Positions 9,427-18,322 of a stretch of DNA of 35,977 nucleotides are shown one piece after another. Positions within the stretch are counted from its first letter, which is position 1; each line of letters opens with the position of its first letter. Source of the DNA: a virus. Position numbers and translations under genes: made by a program. The stretch lies in the IMG/VR virus record IMGVR_UViG_3300045988_082157, one strand, 5' to 3'. Under the pieces are notes generated by a model. The model searched no databases and had not been told where the DNA came from. It saw only the letters and a list, made by a program, of their open reading frames with translations.

Positions 9427-10051
9427 TATTCACACCTCCCCATGAGGTACTCAGACAACGACAAGCGGGCGGGCTTCTGCTCCTCCGGCGCAGGCTGCGC
9501 CTCAGAAACAAAAGGCCGGCACGGTGCGCCCGTGAGTTTGAAATACTCGCGGTAAAGTGCAACACACCGTGCCGGCGTCATGGACCGCCAGAAAACGGCC
9601 TCGTCGTTGTGTAGGATATTGATCCAGATGTTTAGATACCAGGCGAAGTTGATGCCGTTCTGTCGTCCTCGCTGGTCACTGCGTTTTTTTCGTTTCCCTC
9701 CGGCGCTTTCTCCTCCGGCTGCGCGGCTTCCTCCGGCGCGTCCGGGTCGATGACCGACGAGACAAGCAAACCAAAAACGTCGCCGCTTGTGCGCCGAAAC
9801 TCGTGGTAGCCAATACGCTGGCCAATTGCTTCGGCGGTGTAGGATGCAGCCTTGCCCTGTTCGCGCAGCGCATTGTTGATCATGGCGGTCAGCAGCCGCA
9901 AATAGCTGCGCATAGACCGTTCGCTGTCCAGGAGCTCCTCCACATCGCCGTACTGCTCCTGGAGATCTGCGAGCACATTCATATTGCAGCTGAGCGTCAG
10001 CTCGTGCCCGTCGATCTCATACGGCATGGTTTTCAGGCGGCAGTCCATCAC
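9426..10051 (-). CDS. Tail assembly chaperone GT-type fusion product (requires a -1 frameshift near 9686)
   Basis: After a -1 slip at GAA-AAA-AAC, the -1 frame stays open for about 85 codons (KRSDQRGRQNGINFAWYLNIWINILHNDEAVFWRSM...). It ends at a TAA that overlaps the tape measure ATG. Confidence 0.6.
9632..10051 (-). CDS. Tail assembly chaperone (G-like)
   Basis: 139-aa acidic protein between the major tail and tape measure genes. Its start overlaps the major tail protein stop (ATGA). Confidence 0.75.
   Translation of the reverse strand: MMDCRLKTMPYEIDGHELTLSCNMNVLADLQEQYGDVEELLDSERSMRSYLRLLTAMINNALREQGKAASYTAEAIGQRIGYHEFRRTSGDVFGLLVSSVIDPDAPEEAAQPEEKAPEGNEKNAVTSEDDRTASTSPGI
9683..9691 (-). 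promoter_or_regulatory. Candidate -1 programmed ribosomal frameshift slippery site (A_AAA_AAC)
   Basis: The minus strand reads GAA AAA AAC in the zero frame of the chaperone gene, about 17 codons before its stop. Confidence 0.6.
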
Positions 10052-10659
10052 GAGCCCTCCGCTACGACTGTAGGCTCAGTCGTGAAGCAGGCGTCAAGCC
10101 ATGCAATGGCCTCCGCCTCGGTATCAAAGGAATACCACTCAAACAGGTGGCCGAGATCATCAACAAGGGACTCACCGCTTGTCGTCGGCGTGTTGAAGGT
10201 GATCGATTCGCCCATCGTCTGGAGCGTCTTACTGGGCGGGCCGAAAAGCGTCTTGTGGACAAAAACAGCGGTGAACTTCTCAACGCCGTCGATCATGTCC
10301 GGGCTGTAGAAGCCATGGCCGACATACTGGCCGGTCGATGTTCTGCCGGCAGTCATGGACTTGATGGTTTTCGGAGATCCGCTGCCGACCGAGCGGCTAA
10401 GCTCGTAGAAGCCGAAAAGCAGCTTCTGGCAGTCGTCCGGGAGATACTTCACGCCGACGCTTGTCGTCATGCCGGTGCACTTCTTCATGTACTCAGAAAG
10501 CGAAGACTCGGCATAGATGCGGCCTTCGGCAAACTTCATTTCAAGGTTTGCCGTCATGGCCTCGCCCATGCTCACAGCCTCGCCGTATGTGATTTTCTTG
10601 GTGGATTTACTGTAACTGTACTTTGCGGCCTTCATGCCGCGCAGATCAAATTCAGGCAT
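10048..10659 (-). CDS. Major tail protein (phi13-like family)
   Basis: 203 aa, positioned upstream of the chaperones. The sequence style (MPEFDLRGMKAAKYSYS...GVKYLPDD) is typical of siphovirus major tail proteins. Confidence 0.75.
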   Translation of the reverse strand: MPEFDLRGMKAAKYSYSKSTKKITYGEAVSMGEAMTANLEMKFAEGRIYAESSLSEYMKKCTGMTTSVGVKYLPDDCQKLLFGFYELSRSVGSGSPKTIKSMTAGRTSTGQYVGHGFYSPDMIDGVEKFTAVFVHKTLFGPPSKTLQTMGESITFNTPTTSGESLVDDLGHLFEWYSFDTEAEAIAWLDACFTTEPTVVAEGS

Positions 10660-10660
10660 T

Positions 10661-11113
10661 TTATTCTCCTTTCAGTTTCCTCGCCGCGACCTCGGCCATT
10701 GCATCGTTGACGCGCTGCCAAGTGTTTTTCACAGCGTTGCTCCAGTAGTAGTCCGGCGTGATTTTCCCGCCAGTGCGGCGGCCGTAGTTCAGGACAAATC
10801 CCTTGGTAGCATACCGCTGCTTCCGGCTGTCCTTGCCGCTGATTGTCACCTGCATATACGGTACGCCGTGTTTATCCTTTTTCACACTGCGCGACTTGCT
10901 GATATGCCGGTACGTTTCACCGGTACGTCTGGCGCGGCTTACGTTGCTGTGTCCAGCCTCCACAAAGGCGGACTTCACGGAATCAAGCATAATGTTCGCG
11001 CCAACCGTGAGAAGATCCTTTACATTTTCATCTGTAAACAGGTTTGCTCGCTCCATCTGACGGATAACCTCAGTGATGTTGTTTGCACCGGAATTTGTTT
11101 CAAACTGTGCCAT
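10661..11113 (-). CDS. HK97 gp10-like head-tail joining/tail component protein
   Basis: 150 aa. Position and general sequence pattern only. Confidence 0.55.
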   Translation of the reverse strand: MAQFETNSGANNITEVIRQMERANLFTDENVKDLLTVGANIMLDSVKSAFVEAGHSNVSRARRTGETYRHISKSRSVKKDKHGVPYMQVTISGKDSRKQRYATKGFVLNYGRRTGGKITPDYYWSNAVKNTWQRVNDAMAEVAARKLKGE

Positions 11114-11448
11114 CAGATCACCTCACAGGGGATATCTGTAAAATACGTCGCAAGCTCATCATCATACGAATGCTCCGGCGGCTGCATCGCCACATGCGCG
11201 GAGGCCAGCGCCGCCGCGACCAGGCGCGGAAGCGCATCATCTTCCGCTTGCGTTGCAACGGTGACAACTGCCGTTTTGATGCAGGCGAAGGGCTTGCCCT
11301 CGGCATACGCAAAGCGTTCGCCGGTCGGCGTCCAGACCAGAAAACGGGTGATCGGGGTCCCGTCCGCATCCTCGGTTGGTGCTTGCACCTTGTACACCGC
11401 GCCCGGGAGCACGCTTTCAAGCGCACGCTCAATTTTGGTATAGCTCAT
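11113..11448 (-). CDS. Head-tail joining/tail completion-type protein (hypothetical)
   Basis: 111 aa with an ATGA-type overlap to the neighbouring gene. Assignment is by position only. Confidence 0.5.
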   Translation of the reverse strand: MSYTKIERALESVLPGAVYKVQAPTEDADGTPITRFLVWTPTGERFAYAEGKPFACIKTAVVTVATQAEDDALPRLVAAALASAHVAMQPPEHSYDDELATYFTDIPCEVI

Positions 11449-11770
11449 ACTTACCCTCCGGCTCGGCCAGGCTCAGCGTTGTAATCGGGAGCCCATCATC
11501 ATCCGTCTCGCGCTGGGCCTGATCAATGCGGTACACGTGCCCGTCGTCTAACATGCAGTACTGGTCTGCCTCGATTGCCGCGTCGTAAACGCTGCGCGGC
11601 ATGGATACCATCCGCACCAGCTTTGCGCCCGTCTGCTTGCCCGCGTAAAAGCGGGAAGCATAGACGGTGCGCTCGGCGTAATAGTGCTGGCTTACCGCGC
11701 TGAGTTTGCGCGATGCGGGGGAGCGGCCGGGAAGCAGCGTACAGATTTTCAGAATTTTATCGTAAATCAT
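11429..11770 (-). CDS. Head closure/head-tail adaptor protein
   Basis: The preferred start is the ATG at 11770 (MIYDKILK...), which overlaps the upstream stop (ATGA). The listed longer ORF start at 11875 lies inside the previous gene. Confidence 0.55.
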   Translation of the reverse strand: MIYDKILKICTLLPGRSPASRKLSAVSQHYYAERTVYASRFYAGKQTGAKLVRMVSMPRSVYDAAIEADQYCMLDDGHVYRIDQAQRETDDDGLPITTLSLAEPEGKYELYQN

Positions 11771-12057
11771 GCGCCGCCCCCCATCTTGGCAGCACACAGC
11801 CGGTCCTTGATCTGGATATCCAGATTCCGCGGCAGCTGCGCACGGTCTGCGCTTCCGCGTGCGCGGTACATCCACGCAGCGACCGCCGCGACAAGAAGAT
11901 CATCATCTGTGCTGCCATCCTGCAATGGAACGCCTCTGCGGCAAATAAAGTTCTCGGCCGATGTCAGCAGGCTGCGGAGATACAGCTCCTGCGGCTCGGC
12001 ACAGCTCAAAATGCCAAGATCGACTTTAAGCAAATCAATACGCAGTCCTGCCGACAT
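11767..12057 (-). CDS. Head-tail connector (gp6-like) protein
   Basis: 96 aa, first gene after the major capsid gene. Confidence 0.55.
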   Translation of the reverse strand: MSAGLRIDLLKVDLGILSCAEPQELYLRSLLTSAENFICRRGVPLQDGSTDDDLLVAAVAAWMYRARGSADRAQLPRNLDIQIKDRLCAAKMGGGA

Positions 12058-12068
12058 TGCCAGCCTCC

Positions 12069-13748
12069 TTACGCGCCGGCCGTCACGCTGCCGGAACCGG
12101 CAGCAACGGCGCGTCCGGCCTCATCAAGCTCGACGACCGTGACGGTCTCGCCGCTCTTTGCGGCAATCGTCTTGTTTGTCGGCATATCCAGCCAGTCCTT
12201 GCCCAGCCGTTCGCCGTTACCGACTGCGATGGCCTGACCACCAGTCTGGTACTTAAGCGTTCCGGAGCCGTTGCCAGCCACCGTGACGACGCTCTTACCG
12301 GAGCCACCGGCCGCCGTCGTGACGATCAGCGTGCCAAGTTTCTCATTGGCAAGGTCCGGCGCGAACGAGATCGACGTGGTCGGCTGCGTGTTGCGGAAGT
12401 TTACGAGCACAAAGCTCTCGCCGCGTGCAGGCTTACCATCATAGATTCCGATGGAGCGGTATACCGTCATGTTCCGCAGGAACAGCGGGATGTCGGAGGA
12501 CGCGATGGTCGCGCCTTCGCGCTCCACCATGCGCATCATGTCGCCAAAACCACCCGCAATGTCGTTGTCAGCCATGAACTCAAGCTCAACGATGTCACCG
12601 CCGACGATCGGGAAGGTGTTGTTGATGCCGGCAGCCAGCGCCGCTGCGGCATCAAATGCCAGGGCCTTGGCCATCAGGCGGATGTGTGTTTTCCGGTTCA
12701 TCACCCAGAAGGTGCGGCCGTCCGAATACTTCGGGTCCGCAATCCCCAGCGCCTCGATCAGGCTGCCGAAGAAGGATGCACCGGATGTGGAATCAATGTC
12801 CAGTTTGAGGATGTGGCTGGTGTTCAGCGCGGTAAAATCGCCCTGATCGTTGCCCCACCAAGAGGGCTTCTCCGCCGCGGCAAGCCGGGTGATAAAGCCA
12901 ACAGGCATTTTTACGCCCGTGCCGTATACGATCGACTTGTCGAGCGCACGCGCGTTTGCCTCGCCCATCGCGTTGAGGATGCTGGTCAGCAGCTGGAGAT
13001 CGGAATCGGCGGCAAGCACGGCGTTAGAGATAGCCATGTAGCCGGCCAGCATGTATCCGTCCATTTCCAGCTGGGTAAAGTCGAGGACGATCTCATTGAT
13101 ATTGGCTACGGTCTCCGTCCACACGGCATCAGAGGCCGTGCCGACGATGTTCTGGCGGGCCTTTCCGCTCAGAGATTCGCTGTGGACGTACTTCCACAGT
13201 TTGGAGTTCTGATATGTCAGATCGCGCAGGATCTGCATAAACTCAGTCGGAATACCCAGCTCAGCGCCGGTCGCGCTGTTCTGCTGAGCGCGGAGCTGAC
13301 GGAACCGATGAAGGAACTCCTTCGTGCTGTCACGCGCCAGCAGCTCATCGCGCTGCTGATAAGTCAGGCCGAACCAGCGGCGTTCGGGATTGCTCATGTT
13401 TACATTGCCCCTTTCATGATTGGTGTTGCCGGTGTCAGAGTTGGACACCGAATTGTTGGCCGGAGGCGGCGTCTGCGCGGCCTCCAGACTGCGGATCTGC
13501 TCCTCGCGCTGTTCGATCTCACCCTGAATCCGGGAGATCTCCGCCGCGTTTGTGCTGCGTTCCTGCTCAAACGTATCGATCGCCGAAGATACTACGCTGC
13601 GCTCGTCGTCGGTCGCTGCCTCCGTGATTGCCTGACGGAGCTGTTCCTCGCGGGCGGCGAAGCCGTCGCGCACCTGCTCCAGCGGCGTGAGCTGCGCGCG
13701 AAGCGCCTCGATCTCACTGTTGAGCATCAAAACTCTAAGTACTGACAT
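12069..13748 (-). CDS. Major capsid protein, HK97 fold, with an N-terminal coiled-coil delta/scaffold domain and a C-terminal Ig-like extension
   Basis: 559 aa. It directly follows the prohead protease. The N-terminal ~115 aa are coiled-coil. The C-terminal ~90 aa (LGTLIVTTAAGGSGKSVVTVAG...) look like an added beta domain. Confidence 0.85.
   Translation of the reverse strand: MSVLRVLMLNSEIEALRAQLTPLEQVRDGFAAREEQLRQAITEAATDDERSVVSSAIDTFEQERSTNAAEISRIQGEIEQREEQIRSLEAAQTPPPANNSVSNSDTGNTNHERGNVNMSNPERRWFGLTYQQRDELLARDSTKEFLHRFRQLRAQQNSATGAELGIPTEFMQILRDLTYQNSKLWKYVHSESLSGKARQNIVGTASDAVWTETVANINEIVLDFTQLEMDGYMLAGYMAISNAVLAADSDLQLLTSILNAMGEANARALDKSIVYGTGVKMPVGFITRLAAAEKPSWWGNDQGDFTALNTSHILKLDIDSTSGASFFGSLIEALGIADPKYSDGRTFWVMNRKTHIRLMAKALAFDAAAALAAGINNTFPIVGGDIVELEFMADNDIAGGFGDMMRMVEREGATIASSDIPLFLRNMTVYRSIGIYDGKPARGESFVLVNFRNTQPTTSISFAPDLANEKLGTLIVTTAAGGSGKSVVTVAGNGSGTLKYQTGGQAIAVGNGERLGKDWLDMPTNKTIAAKSGETVTVVELDEAGRAVAAGSGSVTAGA
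13430..13450. repeat. Copy of the 21-bp hairpin motif with 2 mismatches (CGGTGTCAGAGTTGGACACCG), inside the capsid gene
   Basis: 19 of 21 positions match the 3848/23161 motif. The 7-bp arms are perfect. Confidence 0.7.
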
Positions 13749-14333
13749 TTACGTATTGCCTCCTAACTTCTTGGTCATTTCCTCGCGCCACGCCTCGGCG
13801 CGCCGCTTCTGAATTTCGGCCAGATCCTTCTGCCTAGCACTGACGGAAGTGGACTCATAGGCCGGGAATGTGCAAACGCTGACTTCGTAAAGCGGGTCGA
13901 CCTCCTCGATCTCCCAGCGGCAATTGCCGCCACCAAGATCCACGAAGGTCTCGCGCTTAATCGCAAAGCCGAAACTGCACTGGTCAACGTCCCCGCGCTG
14001 CACACGCGCGTACAGGCTCATCGCGTCCACGTCGTCGCGGTTAATTCGGACACTGCCCCAAAGGCCGCGTTCATCCTGCCGGAGCGTCAGCGTGCCAGAT
14101 TTTGTCCGGCCAAGAACAAGACTGGTGTCGTGATTGATGAGGGCGCGAACATCTCCGGAGATTGAGGCTGTAAATGCGCCGGGCTTGATTACCTCACTGG
14201 CACCCTCCCAAAGCTGGTATTCGGAGTTAAATACCGCAAAATATCCTTCGATGTACAAATCGTTATCCGCTGCCCGCGTCTGAAACGGCTGCGCCACGCA
14301 GCGGACCTGCCGCAGCTGTCTGTCATGCTCCAT
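13749..14333 (-). CDS. Prohead maturation protease (HK97 family)
   Basis: 194 aa between the portal and capsid genes. It has an IEGYFAVFNSEY-type N-terminus. Confidence 0.85.
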   Translation of the reverse strand: MEHDRQLRQVRCVAQPFQTRAADNDLYIEGYFAVFNSEYQLWEGASEVIKPGAFTASISGDVRALINHDTSLVLGRTKSGTLTLRQDERGLWGSVRINRDDVDAMSLYARVQRGDVDQCSFGFAIKRETFVDLGGGNCRWEIEEVDPLYEVSVCTFPAYESTSVSARQKDLAEIQKRRAEAWREEMTKKLGGNT

Positions 14334-15510
14334 TGTCGTCGCCTCCCTGTGTCAATTTTTTCTGATCGCCGATCATCCTCCGCGGGATGTAATTCTCAAG
14401 GATAACCAGCTCGTTCAGGCCCTCGCGCGGACTCAGGCTGAGCCAGTCGCGGGTCTCGTTGCCATCCATCAGGCCGCGGATGTAAAGCCTCTCGGCGACT
14501 TCGGCAAGTTCCTTGATGCTGTAGCCGTACAGGCGTCGCATCGACATTGTAAAATACAGCTCGCTGGAGATCAGCAGTTTGCGTGTGAGCTCCTGGCAGA
14601 TGATGTTTGCAATGGTTGTGGCCGTTGTTTTGATCATGTTGTTGTGCTCGCTGCTGGAGTATGTGCCGACGCCGAGCATGTATGGTGTCACGCCGACCAG
14701 CGATGCGACTGCACGCTTATCAAGCTCCACGCTGTCACGGATGGCCAAATCGGTAAGGCTCAAAGGCTTAACCTGCTGTACGTCCATCAGCTCTGCCGGG
14801 ATGATCCACGGTGCACCTGCGCTGCTGTTGGACAAATACTGATCGACCAGACGCTTGCGGCCTGCCTCGTCCGCGAACTCATCCGTCAGCGCGTCAACCT
14901 TAACGATAACGCTTGGCTTCCATTTGTCCGACATAAAGCCCTTTTTTGTCGCCGATGTCTGGCGCAGGCTGTTCGCCAGATCGTGCATGCTCATCCGCAA
15001 ACCGAGCCCGCGCCACGGCTGCGCAGGGTCCGGCCAGCGCCGGAAGTGCAGCACTGCGTCGGAGCCGAAGCGGACACCGCGCCACATGACATAGTAGCTC
15101 CGGCCATTGTCATCGCTCATGGCGACCGCATCCGGCATCGGTTCCAACTCTGTCAAACGGCCACCAGACGTGTGCGGCAGCAAAAAGGCGCTTCCGCAGC
15201 TGTTCGTCAGCATTGTCCAGACGATCCATGCAATCAGATCCTTGCGCGTGCCGTGCGCCCACGGCTGGATGTCCATAAACCGTGACAGCGCATTGCGAAC
15301 GCGAACGTCTCCGTCTGGCGTATTCTGCATGAGTTGTATCGTTGCGTTGGATACGATATCGGCAAGGCCACCAACAGCAGCCTGCACGTCCGGGCTATCG
15401 ATCAGCCGCGTATAGCCGGGCACTCGCAGAGTGTCCTGGTCAACCGCGCCAATCAAAAACTTTTGCAGCGCCAAATCCTGCGCAGATCTGCGCTGCACCT
15501 TGACTTTCAA
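14323..15510 (-). CDS. Portal protein (HK97 family)
   Basis: 395 aa, immediately downstream of the terminase. Overlapping starts and stops indicate one operon. Confidence 0.85.
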   Translation of the reverse strand: MKVKVQRRSAQDLALQKFLIGAVDQDTLRVPGYTRLIDSPDVQAAVGGLADIVSNATIQLMQNTPDGDVRVRNALSRFMDIQPWAHGTRKDLIAWIVWTMLTNSCGSAFLLPHTSGGRLTELEPMPDAVAMSDDNGRSYYVMWRGVRFGSDAVLHFRRWPDPAQPWRGLGLRMSMHDLANSLRQTSATKKGFMSDKWKPSVIVKVDALTDEFADEAGRKRLVDQYLSNSSAGAPWIIPAELMDVQQVKPLSLTDLAIRDSVELDKRAVASLVGVTPYMLGVGTYSSSEHNNMIKTTATTIANIICQELTRKLLISSELYFTMSMRRLYGYSIKELAEVAERLYIRGLMDGNETRDWLSLSPREGLNELVILENYIPRRMIGDQKKLTQGGDDNGA

Positions 15511-17642
15511 TCGGCATCATCATCCTTTCCGTCTTTTTTGTCATACCATCCGGCCGCCTTGTTGCTGGCGGTCAGATCCTCCAAATAGGCGCACACCGCA
15601 AACACGGCGGCGTCAAAAACGTCAATGCGTAGGTTCGGCTCGATCTTCTGGTACATCACCATATCGTCCGCCTTCTCAATGCCGGCAACGTTCTGTACGC
15701 AGTATTCAAACGGTTCGGCGTGGAGATAATACAGCGTCCCTTTTTTCGCGCTGTTCTCAATGTAGCGGAATCCCTCGGACTTCCGTGTAAACAGCTGCGG
15801 CTGGTCTTTAATTGGGAAGTGCTCCTGTTTCATCTCGACGAAATACTCCCGGCAGAACTTCCGGTCGTGCCCGACGCGGCGGATTTTAAAACCGTCCTCG
15901 CGGAGCTTTTTGTACCACATCACCACGTCGTGATAATTCGTTACCGCGAAATTCGTCATGTCGAGCCATCCGTCTTCCTGCCAGCCGAACAGCGGGATCT
16001 GATCCTGCTGCGCCTTGACCATCGCGGCAGGCCGAGGAAACCAGCAGTGCGGGATGATGATGTCCACGCCCTTGTAGTGACCGAACAGCGCACCGGCCGT
16101 CAGATCGTACAGCTTCGACAGGTCTGTGCCGCCATACCACCGGATCGGCAGTTTTGCCAGCTGCGCAAGCGTCCAGCTGTACCGTTCGTCGCTCTTGCGG
16201 AACTCCGCAATGTTGAACCATGCCTTCACAGCATTTGTGGTGACATTCAGAGACTTGTTCAAAAACTCCGGTCGAAGCGTCGGGTTTTCGGCTGCCATGG
16301 CTGCGTCATTGATCATGTCCTGCGGCCGGATGGAATAGCCCCAGCCAGGCGAGGCTGCCTTTAACACAGCAGGATCTGATAGATCAACATCGCCGTTTTC
16401 CATGGTCGGGGCAGAACATAAAAAGCAAAACACAGAATCAGCGGCATCGCCGGTAACAGTCCCGCGCAGGATTTTCCGGCAATACTCCAGATGGCCTAGG
16501 AGGAAGCCGCGCGCATGCGGTCCGTTGGAGCTGATGACGATTACAAGCTTATTTGTGTACGCCTTGGTCGCGTCTTTGAGGATCTGGTATTGCTGCGGGC
16601 TTTTGTAGGTGTGTGCCTCGTCTGCGATCACGATGTTACAGTTAAACGAGTCCTGCTTATCCGGGTTCGCCGCGAGTGCATCAATGGACACCATGCCGCT
16701 TCCGATGTCGCCAGAAATTGAGCGTTCCGCGTTATTATCGATCACGCGCAGTCCCTGAACGGGGTCGTCATCGGTTGTGATTCGCAGTCTGGCGAGGTTG
16801 TATTTTAAAAACAAGAATACTTCCTTCGTCTGACGTAACGCGCCGCCAACGGCGTAGACCTTGGAGCCGGATTCTCGTTCGTAAAGCGCCAGCGCGAAGG
16901 CCAGGGCCGCCGCAAAGGTTGTTTTGACGTTTTTTCTCGGGATGAAGTCAACGGCTTCCTTGAAGCGCCGGATCTTCGTGTCTGGGAGATAAAAGCCCAT
17001 AACGTTATACACGATAAACTTGTGATAGGGGAGCAGGAGAAACGGCGTACCGCGGAGTGGAGTGGCATCGAGGAATTCACCCTGCTGGTGGCAAATCATC
17101 GTCTCGATGATGGCAATGATATCGTTCGCGGGCTCAGCACGGAACTCCCACTTTCCGGTGCCCAAATCGGACACGTATCGCTTGCAGGCGAGCACTGCGT
17201 CCTCGCATAGACCAGATTCGCCGGAAAGCACGGACTGCACAAAATTCTCAACGTCGCGCTGATATTGTGCAGCGTGCTCGATGGCATGGCTATGTGCGTC
17301 TTCGAGCATCCGCTCCAGCCTGCTTTGCCCAGGGGCCGGCTGGGCATTCTTAGCGCGAGCCTTGCTCAGCCCGGTTGCGGTAAGACCAAGCTGGTTGCGT
17401 AGGCTCTGCACTGTGGCGCGGAGATCCTCGACCGCCGTCCAGTACGGGCTTTTCGCCGTATATTCCGCGCCGGTTTTATTAACCATCGTGCACACGCGCT
17501 GGCCGCCCTGGGTTTTCCACTCCTTTTCGGCGCGGGAAAGCTCGCGTTCGGTCTTTGCAAGCTGCTTGATCGTCGGCTCGAATATCTCGTTGTAGGTCCC
17601 GACAAGCTGCATGTCCTGCCGGATCATGTCCTCGCGCGCCAT
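15507..17642 (-). CDS. Terminase: P27-like small-subunit region (aa 1 to ~105) fused in frame to a Terminase_1-type large subunit
   Basis: 711-aa ORF. The N-terminus ends with the TerS-like motif LRNQLGLTATGLSKARAKN. A typical TerL N-terminus begins at the internal Met 112 (ATG at 17309). There is no stop codon between the two parts. Confidence 0.85.
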   Translation of the reverse strand: MAREDMIRQDMQLVGTYNEIFEPTIKQLAKTERELSRAEKEWKTQGGQRVCTMVNKTGAEYTAKSPYWTAVEDLRATVQSLRNQLGLTATGLSKARAKNAQPAPGQSRLERMLEDAHSHAIEHAAQYQRDVENFVQSVLSGESGLCEDAVLACKRYVSDLGTGKWEFRAEPANDIIAIIETMICHQQGEFLDATPLRGTPFLLLPYHKFIVYNVMGFYLPDTKIRRFKEAVDFIPRKNVKTTFAAALAFALALYERESGSKVYAVGGALRQTKEVFLFLKYNLARLRITTDDDPVQGLRVIDNNAERSISGDIGSGMVSIDALAANPDKQDSFNCNIVIADEAHTYKSPQQYQILKDATKAYTNKLVIVISSNGPHARGFLLGHLEYCRKILRGTVTGDAADSVFCFLCSAPTMENGDVDLSDPAVLKAASPGWGYSIRPQDMINDAAMAAENPTLRPEFLNKSLNVTTNAVKAWFNIAEFRKSDERYSWTLAQLAKLPIRWYGGTDLSKLYDLTAGALFGHYKGVDIIIPHCWFPRPAAMVKAQQDQIPLFGWQEDGWLDMTNFAVTNYHDVVMWYKKLREDGFKIRRVGHDRKFCREYFVEMKQEHFPIKDQPQLFTRKSEGFRYIENSAKKGTLYYLHAEPFEYCVQNVAGIEKADDMVMYQKIEPNLRIDVFDAAVFAVCAYLEDLTASNKAAGWYDKKDGKDDDAD

Positions 17643-17912
17643 GGCTCATCCTTTCCTCGGAGGCTCTGCCAGACGCGGAGGTCCCCAATCTTCCGCGCCC
17701 AGTAGGAGGTTAACTATGGCTCACTGCGGGCTTTCCGCCCGGCACAGCCTCCGATATGTTTTTGCAGCAGGTGGCTTTGCGCGCCCGCGTCGTTTGCGCC
17801 CGCGTCGCGCAATTCCATTTCGCGCGCGTCCCGCGCACGCCTCTGACCGCCTGCGTACCCCCTCCGCTGATTTTTCCGCCGTCGGAAAAACCGCCCCACT
17901 CCGGTGCTTCGG
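17643..17912. other. GC-rich non-coding gap between HNH and terminase: candidate cos/packaging-recognition region
   Basis: No credible ORF. On the minus strand it has a tandem CGACGCGGGCGC x2 (period 15) bracketed by inverted TTGCGCG/CGCGCAA. A perfect 8-bp hairpin TTTTTCCG-ccgt-CGGAAAAA lies at 17871-17890. Confidence 0.4.
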
Positions 17913-18227
17913 CTAAAACGGCGGCGGCGAATCGAGAGGGGGGATCACTCGCCGTTGCCATGCGAGGCCGCGCTCGGTCAGTTTCCCGGTCGCCCGATCG
18001 TGAAAGCTGTTGTGTGCCTGCTGGCTTACAGCGATCAGGTTCCAACGGCACCACTGCCAGCCGGGGAAATCGTCAACCGGGTAAACGTGGTGAACTGTGG
18101 TCGCCATCTCGTTGCGCCCATAGCGGCTGGCCTCTCGGCATCTGTAGCCGTCGCGCCGCAGGATCGCGTCCCGCAGGCACAGCCAGCGTTTGCTTTTGTA
18201 ATCCATCGACAAATCAAAAAACGCCAC
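17913..18227 (-). CDS. HNH endonuclease (terminase-associated type)
   Basis: 104 aa with a C-x2-C...HHVYP...N...H-x3-H pattern. It sits immediately upstream of the terminase, as in HK97-like cos phages. Confidence 0.8.
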   Translation of the reverse strand: MAFFDLSMDYKSKRWLCLRDAILRRDGYRCREASRYGRNEMATTVHHVYPVDDFPGWQWCRWNLIAVSQQAHNSFHDRATGKLTERGLAWQRRVIPPLDSPPPF

Positions 18228-18322
18228 GACCTCACGCGGAGATCATGGCGCTCATGCCACCCGGCTATCACCTCAGGTGCAGAACAAAAGCGCCAAATGA
18301 TCTTCCGTTTTCACGGTCAAAA

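Noticed and set aside
12057-13745. 562-aa plus-strand ORF
   Set aside because: It exactly mirrors the major capsid gene on the other strand. The product is Arg/Leu-rich, typical of a high-GC antisense open frame.
17714-17899. 61-aa ORF in the HNH-terminase gap as a possible separate small terminase
   Set aside because: It is Arg/Gly-rich and low in complexity, has no convincing RBS, and shows no TerS-like helix pattern. A complete TerS-like sequence is already present at the N-terminus of the 711-aa terminase ORF. The gap is better explained as a cos or recognition region.
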